NCBI GenBank assembly: GCA_001724265.1
Contig: MEDY01000059.1
Coordinates: 62,001-115,367, forward strand
Length of the DNA stretch: 53,367 nt
Reading direction: 5' to 3'
Origin: Rhizaria sp. SCN 62-66
Taxonomy: Eukaryota
A model generated the notes under the pieces. That model saw nothing but the letters and a program-made list of their open reading frames with translations. It did no database searches and was not told where the DNA came from. The position numbers and the translations under genes are program-made. This document shows, in pieces, positions 48,282-53,367 of the stretch (the first letter of the stretch is position 1; every line of letters begins with the position of its first letter).

Positions 48282-48905
48282 ACTCCGCAACTTGCGACAC
48301 GGGTGAAAGCTGCTTCGTGCTGTGCGAGTGTTGGACGCGTGCACCGCCGATGGGGCCATGCTGTCTCTGCGTGACAAGCGCACTGTAGGTTGACGGGCCA
48401 GTTGAATTTCACAGGGATATCCGTAATACACAACTCTTAACTCAAACAGACTTGATACTCTCACCGTCAATCGCATATTGTCACATTGTTCATACTCTGA
48501 AGCTCTATGATACTGATTGTATTGAGTTAATTCTTTTATATCTTTAATTATTCCCGCCTTCATCCGCCTTCATGCATTGCTTTCATATCATCCAAACCGC
48601 TCTCCCAGGCAACACCGCGACCATCGTCCGACCAGTTCGGAATGCATGGGCTCCACACAGCGATGATTCCCTCTTGCTTGCCTACACGACACACCACACA
48701 CTATCATAGCACGTATCATACGTGTTGTCATACCATAAAATGACTTGATCTGACCTAAGATACCATACATATTCACCCTTAAGCTAAGTTGTCCTCGAAT
48801 ATTTGCCGTACACACATCGCCGTAGTCTTAGCGCCACTACACCTGCACAGCATCTGACAGACACACACTTCTGCGTCTGCGTCACACAGCCACAGCGTTG
48901 GCGAT

Positions 48906-50308
48906 TCACTCTTGCTGCACCTGGCCACTGGTCGTCACGTACCGCCGGCGCGCGCCCGCTGCCGCGGCAGCCGCAGCCGCCGCGCTCGACGCGCCGGGCG
49001 ACGCCGTGGCCCCACCGGGGGCGGCCGCCGCGCCGCTCGCGGCGCCGCTGCCGGCGCCGGCGGCGTTGGCGCTGCTGGCGGGGACGTAGGGCGTGAGCGG
49101 GACGACCGGCGTGAGTCCGGCGGGAGGCAGTCCGGTGGGAGTGAGCCCGCCGTACGCGGCCGACGCCGACGCGGCGGGGTGCGCGAACGACGACGTGCCC
49201 GCCTGGCCCGCGCCGTAGCCGCTGCCGCTGCCGTAGCCGCCGGCGTTGCCGCCGTAGCCGCCGTAGCCGCTGCCGCCGCTGCCGTAGCCGTAGCCGCCGT
49301 AGCCGCTGCCGCCGTGGTGGCCGTTCCCGTGGCCATGGCCGTAGCCGCCGCCGTGGTGCGCGCCGTGGCCGCCGCCGTAGTGGCTGTGGCCGTGGCCGTG
49401 GCCGTGCGCGCCGTAGCCCTGGCCCTGGCCGTAGCCGCCGGCCTGGTGCTGGCCGCCGTAGGCCTGGCCCTGGCCGTAGCCGCCGTGGAAGCCGGCGCCG
49501 CCGCCGCTCATGAAGTGCGCCTGTTGCGACTGCTGCGCCTGCTGCTGTTGCTGCGCGTGGCCATGCCCGTGGCCGTGCCCGTGGCCGTGCGCGCCCAGCA
49601 TGCCGCCCGCCGCGCCCGCGCCTGCCGTGCCCGCGGCGCCCGCGGCGCCCGCGCCCGCGGATGCGGCGGCGGCGGAGGAGGAGGACATGGGGTAGTACCC
49701 CGTCTGGCCGAGCGCGCCGCCGAAGCCGCCGTGGCCGCCGTGGGGACCGGGGACCAGGTAGTTGGCGCCGTAGCCGCCGCCCAGCACCACCGGCGTCGCG
49801 CCCGCCGCCGCGCCGCCAGAGCCGGCGACAACGCCGGAGCCGGAGCCGACATTGGCACCGGAGCCGGAGCCGGAGCTCGGGGTGGAGCTGTTGGTGGAGG
49901 CCGCGTCCGAGGCGCCGCCGTCCTTGCCGGTGGCCCCGGCGCTGGCGCCGTCGGTGCTGCCGCTGCCGCGGCCGCTAGCGCTCTGCTGCTGCTGCTGCTG
50001 CTGCTGGGCGGCCTGGGCCTGGGCCTGAGCCTGGGCCTGGGCCTGGGCCTGCGCATGAGCGTGCTGCTGCTGGAAGTGCTGGCGTTGGAAGAACTGCATC
50101 TGCTGCTGGTACTGCTGCTGCTGCTGCATCTGCGCGGCGGGGAAGTAGCCGTAGCCGGGGACGGACGCGGCGCCGATGACGCCACCCGAGCCGTAGCCCG
50201 CGCCCGCGCCGGCGCCCGCGGCCGTGGCCGTGAAGGGCGCGAGGCCCTGCGGCACCTGGCCCTGGCCCTGGGTCTGCGCCTGGGCCTGGGCCTGGGCCTG
50301 GCCGGCGG

Positions 50309-50340
<32 letters not shown>

Positions 50341-53300
50341 GCGTTTGCGCCGTAGACGGCGGCGGCGTTGAACATGCCGGGAGCGGGCGCCACGCCCAAC
50401 GCGAAGCCGCCGGTCTGCGCGGGGCCCGCCGCGGCGGCCGCACCGGCGCCAGGAGTGCCCGGAGCTCCGGTCGCGGCCCCGCTGGCAGCGGCGGCGGCGG
50501 CGGCAGCGCCCAGGCCGGTGGGCACGAAGGACGACGAGTAGGCCGAGAGTGACGACGTCGCCGACACGGGGCCCGTCGCGCCGCCCGCGGGGGCGCTCGC
50601 ATCGGGCCTGCGGCCGCCCTGGGGCTGCTGCTGCTGCTGCTGGGGCTGCTGAGGCTGCTGGCCCTGCTGCTGCTGCTGCTGCTGCTGCGGGGCGTATGCC
50701 GCAACGCCCGCGCCGGTGCCGGCGACGGGGCCGACTGCGAGCCAGCCGTAGGCGTTGTACTCACTCACGTAGGGCTGCCAGAAGCTGCTTGTGTGGCCCA
50801 CGCCCATGCCGCCGGCCATGCCACCGCCCATCGCACCGCCCATCCCGCCCGTCATGCCGCCGGTCATGGCGCCCATCCCGCCGACGCCAGCGAGCGGGCC
50901 CGAGAGCGAGCCCGACAGCAGACCGGGCATCGCGCCCGCCATGCCGCCCATCTGAGAGTGCGCGTGCGCGTGCGAGTGCGCGTGCGCGGCCAGCTGGTCA
51001 GGGTACGCCGCCACCGCGCCGGCCGCGCCCGCGCCCGAGGCGCCGGTGCTGCCGGCGGCGGACAGCTGCTGCAGACCAGCGCCCGACTGCGCCGCAGCGG
51101 AGGACGAGGACGAGGACGCGTCGGAGCTCTGCGCGGCCGGCGAGGCGGCCTTGGCGGCCTTGGCGGCGGCGGCGGCCTGCGCGGCGGAGGCGGCGGCGGC
51201 GGCCTTGGCGGCTGCCGAGCTCGCGGGCACGGGCTTGCGTGGGGCGAGCTTGCGCACGCCACCGCCGCTCGTCAGCTCGGGCTCCAGCGTCACCAGCGCC
51301 TCGGCCTCGGCCACGGCCGCCGCGGTCGCAGCCGCGGAGGACTCGGCCTCGGACTCAGGCTCGGCGGCCGCGGGGCCGCTGCGCTTGAGCTCGTGACCGT
51401 GGGCGGCGATACCGTGGGCGGCGTGACCGTGGGCGGGGGCGCGCGCGGGGGCCAGGGCCGGGGAGCCCGCGGCCGACACGTTGCGCGAGCTGCCGCGGCT
51501 TGCATTGCTGTGGCCCTGACTGTGTCCGTGACCGTGTCCGTGTCCGTGGGTGGCCGCGGCGACGACGGCGGCGGCGGTCAGCGGCACGGGTGCCGCGCCG
51601 CCGCCGTTGTCGTGAGCGCCGCGGCCCGTGCCGCCGCGGCCGCCGCGCATGAAGCTCGTGGTGCCGCTGTGCGCGCCGCCCGCCGCCGCGGCGTCGCTGC
51701 GCTGCGACTGCGCCTGCGCGGGAGCAGCGGCGCGGTCGCTGCCGCGGACGCGGGGCTCACGGTCACTCCCGCGGTCGCCGCCGCGGTCGCCGCCGCGGTG
51801 TCCGTCGCGGTGACCGTCACGGTCGCGGTGGACGCCGTGATCGCGGTCGCCCGCGGCGGGGCGCGGGGGCTTGTCCGAGACGGTGACCCACGCGCCCTGC
51901 GCGGCCTCGCGCTCCGCCGCCTCGGCCGCCGCCGCCACGGCCAGTACGGACTCGGGTGTATCGCGCACCGGCCCGCCGCCGCGACGGCGCTCGCCGCCGC
52001 GCTCGCCGCCACGCTCACCGCGGTTGTCGCCGCGGTCGCCGCGGTCGCTGCGGCGGACGCGGTCATCGCGGTCATCGCGGTTGTCGCGAGAGTCACGGGA
52101 GTCACGGGGACCGCGAGAGTCGCGGGCGTCGCGGGAGTCACGGGCGTCACGGGCGTCGCCGCGGCGGCCGAAGTCGCGGTCGCGCTCGCGGTCCTTGTGC
52201 TCGCGGTCACGGGAGTCACGAGCGTCACGAGTATCGCGGTGGCCGTCGCGGGGGCCGTCGCCCACGGCCGCCGCGCTGGTCGGCTCGGCGGCGCCACCAG
52301 CGGCGGGCGCAGCAGAGACAGCGGAGTTCTGGCGGCGGCGGTCCCAGCTCATTTCATTGCGGGGACCGCTGGCACTGGCACTGGCACTGACGCTGGCGCT
52401 GGCGGCGGGCGCCGCGGCCGCGGGCTTGATGCTGTCCACTCTCGTGGTGCTGCTGTTGTTGTTGTTAGTGTTGTTGTTGTCCGTGGCCGCGGGGGCCTTA
52501 TTGCGGAGCCGCAGGTCCCAGCTCATGTCGACCCCGCCGCGGCCCGTCACGGGCGCCGGCGCCACAGCGGGGCGCTCACGGTCACTGCCGCGCTCACGGT
52601 CACTGCCGCGCTCAGGGGCACTGCCACGGTCGGAGTCGCGGCTGCCACGCGAGTCGCGCGAGTCCCGGGAGTCGAAGTTGTCGCGGCCGCCGCGGAAGGC
52701 GCCGCCGCGCACATCACTGCTGTGAAGGCCGTCGAAGCGCGGGGCTGCCGCGGACGAGGCCGAAGCCGCGGCAGGCGCGTCGCCGAAGCGCGCCGCGACG
52801 GGCGCGTCGCCGAAGCGCGCCGCGTAGTCGCGCGTCACGCGCGGCGGGGCGCCGTAGCCACCGTCGCGGTCGCCGCCGCCGTAGCGGCTGCCGTAGCCGC
52901 GGCCGCCATCGGCGCGGTCGTCCTCGACGTCGCCATCATAGCTGCCGCGGCCTCTGCCGTAGCCGCCGCCGTAGCCGTCGCTGTCGCCGTGGAGGTTGCG
53001 GACGTCGTTGCTGCCGATGCCGCCGCCGCCGCCACCGCCCTCGCGCCGGTAGCCGATCCCCATCCCACTGCCGCCGCTGCCGCCGGCGCTGCTGCCGGCG
53101 CCGGGCGCGGAAGCCTTGGGGCGGCTGGACGCGAAGAGCGGGGTGGCCCAGGCCGACACCACGGCCTCCTTTGCGCCCGCGCCCGCGCCCGCGCCGGCGG
53201 CGGAGTCGCGGCCCTCGACGCCGCCGCGACCGGGCGCACGGGCCTCGTCGCCGTCGCGCGCGCCACCGCCGGCCTTGCCCGCCACGCCGCCCGCCTGCGA

Positions 53301-53367
53301 CGACGCCGCAGAGGCCTGCGCGGCCGCCGCGGCGGCTGCGGCTGCGGCCGCGGCGTCTGCGGCGGCC
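48906..53367 (-). CDS. 5'-truncated low-complexity protein (RG/RD-rich, poly-Q, G/Y/H-rich prion-like C-terminus); probable RNA-granule/RNA-binding protein
   Basis: The frame stays open from the window end to the TGA at 48906 (>1480 codons) with coding-like GC bias. No folded domain is visible. A GTACGT donor-like site at 48942 makes the exact C-terminus uncertain. Confidence 0.7.

Overview
Gene-dense eukaryotic (protist-like) genomic DNA. Very GC-rich, Ala-rich coding regions alternate with AT-richer intergenic spacers and short GT-AG introns (donors GTACGN/GTCCGT). Eleven protein-coding genes are supported, in order: cytosolic malate dehydrogenase (+), RNA polymerase III subunit RPC4 (+), an Ngl/Angel-type EEP nuclease/phosphatase (-), a long low-complexity protein with a C-terminal PH domain (+), an NT-C2 plus coiled-coil protein (-), a divergent family-16-like methyltransferase (-), a ~2180-aa secreted pepsin-fold protein (+), a ~3650-aa single-pass surface protein with lectin, Ig-like and Cys-rich repeats (+), NOP12/RBM34 (-), FCF2 (+), and a 5'-truncated low-complexity RG/Q/GY-rich protein (-). 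No tRNA, rRNA, CRISPR array or mobile element could be supported. The most unusual element is the pepsin-like protein: its second catalytic Asp appears to be replaced by His, about 1050 aa are inserted at the flap position, and it carries repeated S-hydrophobic-X-E motifs. It lies directly upstream of the giant surface protein. Most genes also have a splice-acceptor-like signal shortly before the start codon. All assignments come from motif recognition by eye; no searches were run and the taxon cannot be fixed from this window.
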